DNA from: Raillietiella orientalis
Taxonomy: Eukaryota
Direction: 5' to 3'
Length of the DNA: 64,000 bases
NCBI GenBank assembly: GCA_036172245.1
Contig: JAYWIR010000049.1
Span: 744,001-808,000 of the forward strand
Position 1 is the stretch's first letter. Every line of letters begins with the position of its first letter. The translations under genes were made by a program, and so were the position numbers. The notes under the pieces were generated by a model. It searched no databases and was not told where the DNA came from. It saw only the letters and a program-made list of their open reading frames with translations. Shown piece after piece: positions 34,880 to 47,816 of the stretch.

Positions 34880-37800
34880 CTCAGTGCAACTGACCTCGAC
34901 GTGTGCTTTCCACAGTTGCCCTCCCCATTGAATTCACGCCGGCAGTCGACTGCGCTGCGAGACTTTCGGCCAGGCACGGAAAGCCTCGGCGTGAACCAGT
35001 GATCTTGGCGGTTGTGCCTTCGCAGGCTCCATGGGATAACTTTCCTCATCCACGCTGACTTCCTTTCCGTACGAAAGAGCATTCCCATCGGTGTGCCTTT
35101 CTTTTATGTGCGTGTGTGCGTGTGCATATTTTGGTCCTCATCCAGGTCTAAAGGGCTCTTCGACCTACTAGTTGAACTCTGCTAGCTGACCTCTTGTTGA
35201 ACTCCACGTTCCTCCCAGATCCCTCAGGAAAGCCGGAAAGAGTCTGCTTGACCGTGCCGTCCTCTCGATCTACTGCTTTTTCTGCCCGTGCTCCTCCTCC
35301 ACCGCGAGCACGTTCGATCACGGTCCCGAATGCCACTCGAGATCTTGTTCGCAGTAGCGTCAGATTTGCTATGGCATCCTCGTTAGCGTGGATGCAAAGC
35401 CGATCGGCAGCTTTGCGGAACTGCAGCATCCGTAAGAAGCTGCAGAAGACCATTAACGAGTCGTGATTGACGCAACGCAGAGCACCCGCAGTTCCTGGTA
35501 GCAGCACAAGATGGTAAGAGAGAGGTTCGGGAATGGGAACAATTCTTCTTGCATCAAGTGGCTTCTTTTTCCTCCTTGCTTTTTTTGGGAAGCAGTCGAG
35601 GGGTTGCTTGGTTTGTCAGCTGGTAGCTGCGGGATGCTGACTGAAAAATGGACAAAAGCAGGTTAATAAGCGAAATGTCGAAACTCAGGTTAAAGTGGTA
35701 GAGCAACTGGGTAATGGATCTTTGGATCTTTTTTTTTTCATCTGCGGACCTTCATTTTTAAAGGAAAAAAAAAAAAGAAACAAATGGAAAGAAGCAGATC
35801 CAGAAAGCCTGGGCTTAATCGCCCTTTCTGGGTAACTGGAAATGTAGGTGGTATTTTTGATTCTGCCAAAGAGGATGGATGTCTCCCGCTTTCTCTCCCT
35901 GGGGGCCACTTCTCCATTTCTTTCCTGTATAAGCCTGAAATAAGTTCTTCTTAGACGGAGTGGAAGCCTCCATTCTGACCTGCGGATGTCTCTGGTTTAG
36001 CATGCTGGGGGCGCTCAAAACAGCCATTCGGAGCCACCTCGGCACAGCTCTTGCCATGGTCATGGGCCATTGATCTTCCTCCCCATAGGAAGAGCTGCTT
36101 CTCTGCAACAGCCTGCTCGCCTTTCCGCCCAAACGTACTGCATTTTACGGTATTGGAGTCTACTGCAGAGAGAGGCGTTGCCGAGTCACGGAAGTTCTGA
36201 ATCTTCAGATGCCAGTGTGGACGAGACGAGCGAACTTCCTTGTAGTGGAGCGATCGAACGGATCGGAAAAGAGGAATCCTGGAGCCGGCTTTCTGAAATT
36301 CGTAAGCCCTCTTTGCAAGCTCTCGTCGTTCCAAGCACGGAAACCCCACGCTCCTGGGGTCGCCAAGCAGCAGCTTTCCCTCTGCCTTACCTGCTCTGAT
36401 CTCTTGTTAGCACTGCAAAAGTCTTTTCTGAGGCAGAAACTGTGTGGGAACGACGTGCTGAGAGCTAATCGGACTCGGGACTTTACGAGATGGTGAGTGA
36501 ATAGGAAAAAAGAAAAAGAAAAATCCTCCGTCCCTCCGTCCAGCTAGTCTATGCGGTGCCCGGAAGGAAAACACTAAAGGCGGAGGTTGCTGGGCTGGAG
36601 AGCGAACCAGCAGGAGAGATTTTACTGAAGGAATCAAGGATTCCTCAAGAGGTTGCAAATTTAGCAAAAGTAGGAAACTTTCATGCGGAGGGAGATCCAC
36701 GCACATTTCGGGGAGGCGACGAAGAGATGCCGAGAAAGAAAGATCGTCCGTAATTGCATTCCGTTCCTCCCTTCTATTTTCGCAGCACACTCGTCGAGGG
36801 CGTGAGTGGCCGTCTTTCATCAAAAAGGATTCGCAGAAGCGAGAGCTTTTGCATAAGGACTGAACACTCCAACTCTTGATCCTGTATCATGACGGAAAAC
36901 TTCCGGCAACCCCCTTAGAAAACGATATTCTGAAGATGAATACGGCAGCATCAGTTTGTGAGATCACGTTCCTCATCACGGATGATGTAGGCTGCCGCGT
37001 TAGCAGAAGCAACGATTGTGCTTTTTGCACCAAAATCGGCTCCCCTTACCCGGAGGCGCTAGGCTCTCGGAAGGCACGAGAGAAGACACCGCAGTGGTAA
37101 GTGGCGATGATGACGGCTGTCTTTTAAAAACGCTGACCTCCGGTGTGAATTGGCGGCAGTGGCCGTGGAAGAGGGTCGAGTAGTAGTTTGGAAGTGGTCC
37201 CACTCGACTCTGTGGAAAAATTTGGATTTAAATCCAAGTACATCACCTGGTGTCCTCCCCTCCCCCTTCCCGCTCCAAAAAAGGAAAAGAATGACAGAAG
37301 TTTAAGCGACGGCACGATACTTCAGGATGTTTCAAGCACCCATGAGAGATGAATGTATTTTGAGAAATTAGTACTCGAGAGTAACGGCGGCGGCACACGA
37401 ATATACTTGGCACTGGGCAGCTATTCCGTTTCTCAGCTCCTAAAGATCCGAAGATTTATGAATATTTAAAAGTGATGTGAGTTTCCTGTGTTCCACGTGC
37501 CGAAAATTTAAGATGACCGGATGAAAAATCGTTCCACCAGTTGGTGCCGGGAATAAGAATTTCCGGAAAGTGAAATTCCAAAAGGACTCGACGGCACGCT
37601 TGATGATTTTGACGAAAGCATGCGGGTCCTATCAAAGTTAAGCTCTCATTGAAACAATTTCAAATGATACTTACAGCGGCTTTTGTTTTCCAAATTGGCT
37701 CTGGGAAGCCCTCGGGGGAAATGGAATTTCCTGGAGCGCGGACACCTTCCGAAATTCATCTTTCGTATTAGATGACTTGGTTGAGTATGGAAATTGATGA

Positions 37801-38080
37801 GATGGAGAACAAAATAACTATTGTCTCACTCACTTCTCCGTTTTCGGTCGAGGAGAATTGCAAGGTGAAAAACGAGAACGGGAGGATTGGGACGGGCTCT
37901 CTGGATTTGAAAGCAAAACTCGGATGAGCTTTCGATGGAATGCGCGAAATCAAATTATCAGTTTGCTTGAAGTTAAATTGGAACAACCCGAGATCTCATT
38001 CCATTTCCTGCTGCATTTGGTGAAAGAAGAAGCCTCTCCGTCTTCCCTCATAAATTGCTTCCTTCTTAGAGTCCAGTAAG
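34880..38080 (-). pseudogene. Decayed LGR relic H
   Basis: LRR QTDNLISRIPSKA (about 37.95 kb); hinge CNLLRNP (about 36.65 kb); TM3 STLASEDS (about 36.2 kb); TM5-ICL3-TM6 VNHDSLMVFCSFLRMLQFRK..EDAIANLTLL (about 35.35-35.47 kb). Confidence 0.55.
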
Positions 38081-38284
38081 AATGTTACTCAGTCAATAGT
38101 AAGTGGTAGAATCCTTCATCTATTGATTTAAAATGTCACAATACGAGCTTCGTGAGCTTCATGGCAGAGAGCTGCGCGAGATTATAAGGAAAACTCCTTG
38201 CAATTTTAAAACGTACTGCAGAAAAAGCTTTCGTGTACCTCCCGTCGTGTGGCCAAAAATATAAAAGTAGGTTTTCTACACGCT

Positions 38285-39980
38285 TGACCTCTTAGCGAGT
38301 TTGAAGTCATCTATTCGTCTTGCAAAGGCGTGGTGCGTTTGACGAATATATACGCGCCGAGAGAAAAAAAAAACAAAAAAACATTGCGTTTCACTATGAA
38401 AATACGAAATTTTAGTAGAAAAGGTCAAAACAATCTCACTTATTTGTGTGTTTTAGTTATGTTTTCATCGGGACTGCAATGTGCAGTGACCTTAATTTTT
38501 TATCAAAACATTTTCGAAGTGGCGTAAGGTATGCCAACCAAACAAAAGATTCTTCTTTCTTCTGACGTACTGGGTTTGTTTACATACTTTTCACATAATT
38601 GAAGCTCTAATTGAGGAAAACAATAACTTTTCTGAATGAAGCTTTAATAACTTTCCTCAATTAAGGCTTCAGATGATCCGTTCTAGGAGAAAGTGATCTA
38701 TGTAAGATATAAACGTAATTTTCGTTTTTTTTTGTTTTGAACCAAAAAATGACTTCAAGAAGCAGAATGTCTAATATTGAAACTGCCTGGAAAAACATTC
38801 AACATAAATGGAAATCCTCATGTATTCCAGAACAAGACATTCGTGTTGATGAATCCTCGTTGCCATGGAAAGGGGAGATTGTCTTGGAAGCAGTATATAT
38901 ACCTTCTAAAAGGAGTCCTTTTGGAATGAAATGTTTTGTCTTATGCGAAAGTCCATCTGGATAGACTGGGAATGTCTGAGCATACATTGGCAAAAAAAAA
39001 TACGGAATATGAACAAAATTATCCTCTCAATATGAGACCGCAACCCGCATCGTTCTTGAACTTTCTCGTGACCTATTAGGCCAGGGATAAAAATTCTATT
39101 TGGATAACTGGTACACAAGTTTGGAACTCGCACAGAAACTATGTACTCGTAGGGCAGACATCATTGGTACAATGAGACAGCCGAGAGTTGGTATTCCTGA
39201 AGACATGAAAACAATTTCCGTGAAGAAAGGACAGTACGTTGAAAGATGTAACGACAAAATCATGTTATTGAAGTGGCGGCACGAAAGGCATGTACTGTTC
39301 CTCAGTACAATACACATGGCTCCAATACGATGGAAACAGAGGACGAGGTGCTGTAAAAAGAGGGCTTGAAGTGGTTTCTGACCATGGAGAAGAAAAGTGG
39401 GTGGAGTGGGCGGAAGCGATGGTAGAATTGCAGCGTACGCGCCGGCAAGAAAGAGGTTAAAGAAGTATTGCAGGAGGAAAGTATTCCTCCATCTTTCAGA
39501 AGTTACGTGCTCGGATTCACATTTATTACATGAAAAATTGAATCCATTCAATTTTTGGCTCGAATGTGTGGAACAAATTATTGAGGAATCTTCAACCCAA
39601 GAAAATGGGATAGGTGGTCGACCAACTGCAACTGCCAACTGCAACTGCAACTGCACGCCTCATCGCAAAACATTCTCCAAATTTTGTACCATCAAAAAAC
39701 AGTGCACCGCGAAGATGTATCGTGTGGTGTTCAAAACATGGCATTCGTAAGGAAAGACGATGCCGGTGCTGAACCCGTGAGGTGCCACTTTGCGTGGGAT
39801 CCTGCTTTCAAAAACATCACACTGCAGAATCAGATTGAGCTTTTTGCATTTTTCCTATGTACGAAGTTTCTTTTTTTTCTGTACAATCACGAAATTTTTA
39901 TGAATCAAATTTTTTCTTTCTTTTTCTTTCATTGAAATTTACGACAGATGCATTTGCTGTGCGTTTAATGGAAAGGTTAA
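38285..39980 (+). mobile_element. Decayed piggyBac (PGBD4-like) DNA transposon
   Basis: DDD transposase motifs VDESSLPWKG, YIPSKRSPFGMK, DNWYTS, GTMR, KWRHERHVLFLST and GGVGGSD; degraded Cys-rich tail; right end ...aaagg|ttaa at 39980. The left end is uncertain. Confidence 0.88.
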
Positions 39981-40379
39981 TGCAACAAATTTGACTTTTA
40001 CCCACGAGAACGAAAATGGCATAGGTACCTGTTTGACTTTGGCACATTAATGAGTATGTATATATACGTTATCCATGAAATGCAAGCAGGCATCCGTACA
40101 TCACTGTTCTATTCATATATACGTATACGGCTGTGGCGCAATATATATCTATCGATATAGGTAAATGTAGATACAGATATACACAGTCATGATCTGCAAG
40201 TACATCTACTCATGATTAGCACAGTGTACATGGATGCATATCGATATGTACGTATGAATTCTTGAATTTATTTCACAAGCTTTGGAAAGGCATGCTAATT
40301 TATAATCGAAATTAGCATGATCGAATGCTAATTTAAAAAATCATTTGCTCACTTGAGTGTAATGCAGAAGAAATAAAAG

Positions 40380-43300
40380 TTCAACACAATTGGTGAAACA
40401 ACATAGGTAGTAACAGCTATTCGATTATTTGAAATAGCCGAATAGCTACAACTAAAGCATTGGGGGAGGATCCATCTAAAGTCTTCTAATAATTGTTGGG
40501 ACTTTGAACAAGACTCTTCAGCAGTTGATCACTGGAGCACTTAAATGGGATAGGATCCAGTTTTGCTTTCGAGGAATATTTTCGCAGACAACACGAAGGT
40601 ATAATAATAATAATAACTTGTGATCCTTCGAAAGCACACTGCTATAATGATTGGTGAATTTCATTCTAGGGAAGCCTCCATTTAAACGATTTTATGAAAA
40701 ATACTGTGCTGCAAGTTTATTTTCTAAACAAAAGAGGCGGAATTTTTTAATGTTGAATTAACAACCGCTATTTGCTTCTATGGCTCACGCCTCGGGTCTC
40801 AGAAGAAAACTGCAAAGGCAAGACTTCGAACAGCAACTTGCTGGCCTGTTATCATGGACAGTTGGTACCACACAGATAATCAGACGCGTGTTAAATTTGC
40901 TCTTATCCAGAGGAACTTTTTTTTTTCATTCTTGGATGTGACGTAGGAAATTCTTCTCCTTTCAAAGACGCTTTCGATCCTAATCCTCTTCGGCTTATAG
41001 GTGTGTTGATGAATATACCTCCTCTCCATAACTCGCCTCTTTGAAAAAAAATTGGCAACGGTCCTACGGTTAGTTTTTTCGAATGAGCCCCCCTCCAAAA
41101 AAAAAAGCTCCAAAAAATCCTAAGCTTTTTTTATAGTTTCCTCTTTCTGCATTTGTCCAAATTTAAATGTATGGACCAAGTCTCTGAAATTCCCGACTAC
41201 GAAATTCCCGGTGCCCATCGGAGTTTCATACTTTCACCACATCCCTAGGTGGATGTAATTTATAATGACTCGGGAACTGAGCATTTCATTACAAAAGCTC
41301 ATTCTAGAGATATAAAGACCCTCAAACAACAGTTCTCTCTAATTGAGACTCGGAGGTTGAGGACCTCGAAAAACCTTCAGCAGTGAAAGTCAAGTGCACT
41401 CGAAATTGGGGGTGGCTGAAGAAACGACTGTTCGAGCACCCAACAACCCACGAACTTCGTGGAACTAGATGTTGAATAATTACAGTAACAAATAAATAGA
41501 TCGAATAAATAGAATGCAGAAAGTCGAATGGTTTCATAAAATGTAAGACACCATGCACAGCTTTTCACACGGATGGGTGAGGCTTTGCTTTCAGCTTTGG
41601 GGTTTTCCTCTTCCCAGTAAATAATATCCATCAATTTTCGTGAACACATTGATTTACATTTAAACGTGATCGTGTAGCTCTCTCGATAATAGCTCGGTAA
41701 TATACAAAAAGTACATTGAGGGTGGATATTTATCTCGTCCTTGGAAGTATACTGAACCTATTTGAAATTCCATATTATATATCCTTTTAGATTCTGTGCT
41801 TATGTGCACAATATAAATATGAAATCAATAATGAATTAAATAATATGTGATAGTAAATTCTTGATGGGGAAAAAGCAAGAAAATGCCATGGTGCTACTTT
41901 CAAAAGGATCAAATACTTAAGGAAATGTGAACTTACAGTTGTCTCAGATGGCTCATATGAGTATTGACAGTTGCAGTTAATACATTTATATTCATGGTAA
42001 TATTTTTTTTCAGTAACAGTTCAGTGAGAGAAATCAATTCACTCTTTCTCAAAAACGCAGGAAGAATGATTGACCATGGGAAGCAATGTCTTTTGTTCTT
42101 GCGTATTCGAATCCAAGTTGATCTTTTTTCTGGTATGCTTCACCAAAAATCACTTTGTATAATTCCTAATTACCAGAAGGTATCAATTGGAAAATGTGAT
42201 AAATACCCAATTGACTGAGAGTCATTCAGCAAATAGTATAGCACTGTATCATAATTTCAATTTTGCCATGGAGTGCTACACGAAAGAAGATACCGGCCAT
42301 GATTTGAATGATGTCAACGACGAGATAAGTGATGTGAAAAGAGACACGAGTGAACTATTGGCAACCTTGCACCATTTCCATTTTCGTCCATGTAATATAA
42401 ATGTCCAAACTCCAAAGTGTGAGCAAATAAAGGTTCGGCTGTGTATTGACCTCATAGATAAGGAATCTTAAATGTGTGCTGTTCTCAATTAATTTTATAA
42501 AATACTGAAGAAAATAAGGGAGTGCAAATAGACATTTACATACTGTAAGATAAATTCAAGAATTGTTTTAAAAACTTGAGAAGGCAAATCAATTTTCACA
42601 AGAGTGTTGCTCTGATCCTGTAGGAGAAATGGTTTGATTTTGATGGTGGGTTGACAAGGAATAACTTGAAAACAGTTGCCGTTCGCATCCGGGGTTCTCA
42701 CCTGAGAACGTAGTGCTGTGGTGTACAAACAAAACTGGCATTAGAAGAAGAAAAAGAATGTCAGGGTTTACTGTGGCCTTGAAATTTCAAATTCGATTTG
42801 CTAAAAGGGAGTGATAAAGTGATAAAGTACTTTAGTATTCACTCTTAACGCTTTGGATATAGTATTGGAAGAGAAGAAGAATACATAAACCTTCGAAAAC
42901 AGAAAACTAGATGTTTAAATATAACAGGAAAGCATGCCATTTCCACAATTAAATGCATTCCAATTTTCTTAGTATTGCTTATGTTATTATAATAAATCAA
43001 CTGTTTCTTGTACAGAATTCTCTGACTTTTTTTTGTGTTGTTTTTTCCAAAAAGATACAATGCGAAAGCAGTGGTCATTACTTTAACTTTACCCTCACAC
43101 AGTTCCATTTCTTTGTTCAAAACATAAACTTGCAGGACGGTATTTTCTATGAAATCGTATAAATGGAAGTTTTCCTAGAATGAAATTCTTCAATCATTAT
43201 TATAACCAGTGATGCATATGATCATTGCCACCCTTATGAAAAGTTCCTAATAGGAAAACGAAATGCACACAGATTTTATCTTCAATATATAACGACCTTT

Positions 43301-44050
43301 TATAACCATAAAAAAAATGCCTGAATATCTTCCCAAATACTCGAAATTTGCGAAATGCTCAAATAGATGACGGGCTTCAACTGAGGAAGTGTTCCAATTA
43401 TTTAATGCACCTTAACGAGTCTGTCAGTCAAGAAACCGGAAGGCGCAATTTAAGGAATCTCAAAGCTGGTTGCTGTGGTCTTCCAGATAGCAGAGTGAGC
43501 TTTTCAGAACCACGAAGTTTTATGTGCTCGCTTTTCTTTAATTCCTTTTCTCCTTAGAAGAAGAAGAAGAAAAAAAACAACATTGTTGCATATCGACACA
43601 GTGTCGTCGATACTTAAAGTATGTCACATCAATGACTCCTGATGCATTGAAATACCCATTTTTGATGTAAGATTAAGGTGTCTAAAATGCCAAGGCCAGC
43701 GATTCTACTGGGACAAGCACAGTTCTTTATAATTTACTAGATAGACAGATAAAAAAGATACAATTAGGAAACGATTATCACACTAATTGCTTCATGAACA
43801 CCATTAAAAAATGTATTGAATATTTAATAGTGGATTTGAAGTTAAACGTAAACTGCACAAGAAGAGGTAAGCAAAACTAGCCAAGAAATAACCTACAGCG
43901 TTTCGCAGAATTGGACTTTATACATCCCATTGAACTGCCATCATCTATCAATAGAGGAAGAATTCACTGACAAGATTAGAACAGAATGGTTGGAGAGAAT
44001 GCTGGATTGCGGAACACATAACTTGTCAGCAAAAAGAAACCCTTTCTTCT
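40380..44050 (-). pseudogene. Decayed LGR relic I
   Basis: LRRs VLILSVNSSSIDR*WQFNGMYKVQ (about 43.95 kb), HSNQL*DSLNCAF and HLFEHFANFEYL (about 43.4 kb); hinge SCEN*FA/SQVFKTIL (about 42.58 kb); hydrophobic TM2-TM3 remnants at about 42.2-42.4 kb. Confidence 0.6.
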
Positions 44051-44138
44051 CAACATGCCGGTTCTTGATATTGGTTAAATATCTGCGCCCTAACTAGCGG
44101 AAGTTCCAGGGTGCAGGTTCCCATCGTGTGGTTTACAC

Positions 44139-44794
44139 AAATCGTGCTCCTGCCGTTTCTGGAATGAGGGCAGAGCAGGCGGCCCTTGCACAAGGGCACC
44201 CGGGCACGTGAGAGCGTACGGGAAAGAGCAGCGAACCGGTTGCTTTGGCGCAAGCAAAGAGCACACTGCTGCGTGCTCTGAACACGCAGTACTGGGGAGA
44301 TGCGTTGCACACCGCGAAGGCGTCCCTTGTCCCCGTCGCTACCCTGGGCAGACTCTGGATTCCGCCTGCGTTCCCGACGGGATTGCGCGGCTCTTGCTGT
44401 CGCTGCCGGCTGACCGCATTTCGGATCTCCCTCCTCCTCCTCCTAGCTCTGCTGGACAGAGTGGTAGTCTTCTGTTTGCTTGTCGCCAGGGGGAGGACGA
44501 GTAGACGTCCACGTACTTGAGACGGCTGCTGCCGTGTCAGCAGCACTTTCCGCGTCGCTGCGATCCTCATCTTGCGCTCGTGGTGCGAGCATCGAGGTTC
44601 TCCCGCTTTCGACTGCGGAAAATGGCGTCCCTCATGAGATGGATCATCGCCTCGCTGTCGAGACGGGAAAGATCACCGACCAGAAATTCCCGGTTGCCTG
44701 CTTTCTTCTATGTCTTCCAAAGCTGAAATCCAAGGCTGCTGGCCGTATGCCGAACTCTCGTAGTGGTAGTTTTTCCCCGGTCTGCTGTCTCGCA
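44139..44794 (-). repeat. Inverted copy of 5225-5880 (GC-rich block in AT-rich surroundings)
   Basis: Reverse-complement identity, with the same 656-nt length. Confidence 0.97.
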
Positions 44795-45048
44795 ACTGGA
44801 GCAAGTGACCTGCTCCAGTTGTGGGACAAATATTTTTGCGCTTATATTTTGTTTGTATTTTTTTTTTTTAAGGGGGAATTTCAAAGTAAGCCATGAGCTG
44901 TTCACATGTTGCAAGAGTCATTTGGACGACTGCTGCACTTCTGGCTGCTCGTTCTTCACTACATTCAGAAAGAACAGTTATTGACTGCTAAACAAAAACA
45001 TAGAAAAAATACTATCGCTAAAAAATACTATTGTTAGATTGCTTTTGC

Positions 45049-45355
45049 GAGCGGATCCCTTGCGGGGGATCTCTCCGGAGAAAAAATTCCAGGAGCGGTT
45101 CCTTTCCGGGTTCCCTTCAGAGAAGAAAAACTGGAGCGGACCCCTCCGAGGGTCTCTTCGGAGAGAATAAGGAAGGAGATTCCCTTCGGGATTCCCCTTC
45201 AGAGACAACCAGGGTGGAGGTGATCTCCATTTCCGGGGATCCCTCCCCAGGCATGAGGGTAACTCCCGGGGTAACTCCTATCTTGAAGAATTACCCACCC
45301 TCGGGTGGCGTGGAACCGTGTCGAAGAACTGCGAAGACAGAAAAGAAGGATTCCC
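45049..45355 (+). mobile_element. Diverged fragment of the same non-LTR family as 58702-59646
   Basis: Blocks such as ggaaggagattcccttcgggattccccttc and gaagaattac are reverse complements of blocks in 58745-59225. Confidence 0.75.
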
Positions 45356-45517
45356 ATGATCGAGTTTTTCTTCCTCCATGAGCGGTGAAAAAACGCACAC
45401 CACTTCATTCAACGTTGCTTCGACTCCTAAGGTCATTATTGTTTCTAATTCTCTTGACATGCAACACACCGCAGGGGCAAAGAGAATGCACGGAAGGATA
45501 CGTTGGTAAAAGTTGAT

Positions 45518-47400
45518 ATGGCTAAATTTTCTATATCACTGTTATCATTATTGTTTACCATTTTTGTCGTAATCCGTGGATTTGAAATGCTCCAAGCAAA
45601 TGGGGTCTAAAAACCATTACGGTACCGAAGACAGATGATAGCCAATTTCAAAAGAAATCCTCTATGATTACTGATAACAAAAACTCCTGGTTGTGATGAG
45701 CATAGACGCCTTGCTTATCTAGTTCAGTGTTTATCTGATCTGCCGATGATTCCAAAAGTAACTACAGTACATCGGAACAAAAACAGTCGACGGACCCTAT
45801 CTAAGAGTTTGAAGTAATTGTCAGAACAGTTATGGAAACAGTCGCTACTTTTTCTTCTTAGGAATAAAGAATCGTCAAATTGATTTTGAGCAACAAGGAT
45901 ATTCTTAGTCGAAGTATTGTGGATTTTGCAGCGAAGTAAGATGAAAATGTAAAGTCAAGAAAGACAATACCAATCTTTCAGTCGGTAGATGTCGGTAGAG
46001 TTCATCTTAAAGGAAAGCATCAAGAGGAACTTCTATGCCAACCAAGGTCAACTGACTGGTAGTAAAAAGCGTTTTATGACGTGCTAAACAGATAAGAGAA
46101 TTACTCAAAGGATAATATTCTGCGAAAATTAATGCCTTTTCTCAAAATATGAATTCGTCTGAATAAAAATCTTGCAAAATCTTGTTTTAAAAATCATTTG
46201 TATGATTTCGGATGGATGGCTGAAATACTGTTACCTCCACAGCTATGCCTTGAAAATGCTGTTTTATCTTAAAGCTGAAATCTGTACACTCCCATGATTT
46301 ATTGCTCAAATCCCTGATGATACAAGCTTAAAGTCGATGGCTGATTGACTAAGATCGACCAAATAATAGGTAACGATTTCAATTGACGATAAATGAGTAT
46401 GAGGGGAAACAAACGACGAAACAAATTCGAAAAAGGACCGAAAGAAAGACGTCACAAGGGAAGGAAGAAGAGGATCACGGTTTCAATCGGAAGACACAAG
46501 AAATCCCGGAAGCCATACTCTCAGCTGATTTCGGAAACAAAGTCCACTCTGAAATCGGTTAGGTTCAGCGTTGTGCTCAGCACAACACAAACAGGCAATG
46601 TTCCCAAACTCGGATCAGAATTACAGAAAATATATAACGCGGGCAGTGACAAAGATCTCTTGGTTTATGTATGGAGTTTCCTTATAAAATTTGTGGCTTT
46701 TTTTTTCATGACGTGAAGAATACGTCGATTTTTTATCCTCTAGGAATTATCCAAGCAACGGGTTATAAATATCGGCATGCTATCATCTGTTGCCTGTTGA
46801 ATTGGAAGGCAACTGAACCTTGATCTGCGAGCAGCAGTTTTTGCTCAATTTGCTCAGCAGTGGGAGCAATCACGAGGGAAAAATTTGTTTTGCCAGTGAA
46901 AAATTCAAGGCTGAAACTACAAACTATAGCTGTGATATACAATTCGACTGCGGTAAGATTCCAGGAGGAGGGGCAGCGAGCTCTCAACCGGTGCCAATGT
47001 GAAATGCACATTTGCAGGAGTTTCTGCTGGAAAGTTGCTGCTCGTTAGCTGCCAACTGTGGGAAGTTCCTCAGAATTCAACGTGTAAGGCAGACAAAAAT
47101 TTCTCTGATGCTTTGCTTGCTGCTCGAATTTTTCCGATGGTTCATTATAAGTTTGGAATTTGAATAAAATTCCGTGGGACTGAAGTCAACAGCAGCGTAC
47201 ACACTGAAGGCCTCGATGAATGGTTAACGAAAGCTTCTGCCTGGACGCTATCCACAACTGGGATCACAATTGTGAATGTATCCCATGAGCTTTATGTATT
47301 GACGTACATAATTTATACCAATAACAGTAACCGCTTTAGAAGAAGTTCTTTTTATAAGTCCGTAATTACTTGTGGAGAGGTACTCGGTGCCTGGTTCTAA
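45518..47400 (+). pseudogene. Decayed LRR-receptor relic J, opposite orientation to the rest of the array
   Basis: Signal-peptide-like MAKFSISLLSLLFTIFVVIRG at 45518; LRR-like KAFYDVLNR*ENYSKDNILRKL, LHSYALKMLFYLK..IAQIPDDT and LDLRAAVFAQF; many stops. Confidence 0.45.
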
Positions 47401-47816
47401 GGAGTCGACTGTCGAAAAAGTGTGGAAAAAATTAAACATTAATTACAGAAAGTAAACATTTCATTTTTCCGTGATTCATTTTATCTAGCGTTTTATCCAG
47501 CTTGAAAAATCTTAATGCTCAGTTTCCTCAAAATGCAATGTTGAAAGAAGGAAATAGGAATTTGCTACTCTATTTACTATTGGGATGTGCACATTGGATG
47601 TAACGATACCTTACTATAAGAATCCTTTGAAAGTTATTACAAGTTTTTGTGTGCTAAATAAGAAAGATTTGATGAAACTAATTTCTTGACAGTCATTCAT
47701 ACCGAAAGCGTTCGAGGTAAGGCATTAGAAATGTTTTGCCTGTTTGCATTCATTTGAGTTTTCATATTCCATTTCTAAAAGCAGTAGATTGATGCTACCA
47801 TATATTTATTATGAGA

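Noticed and set aside
44085..44830. Helitron capture as the source of the inverted duplicate (CTAG-T on the minus strand near 44093)
   Set aside because: No convincing subterminal GC hairpin and no matching 5' TC end.
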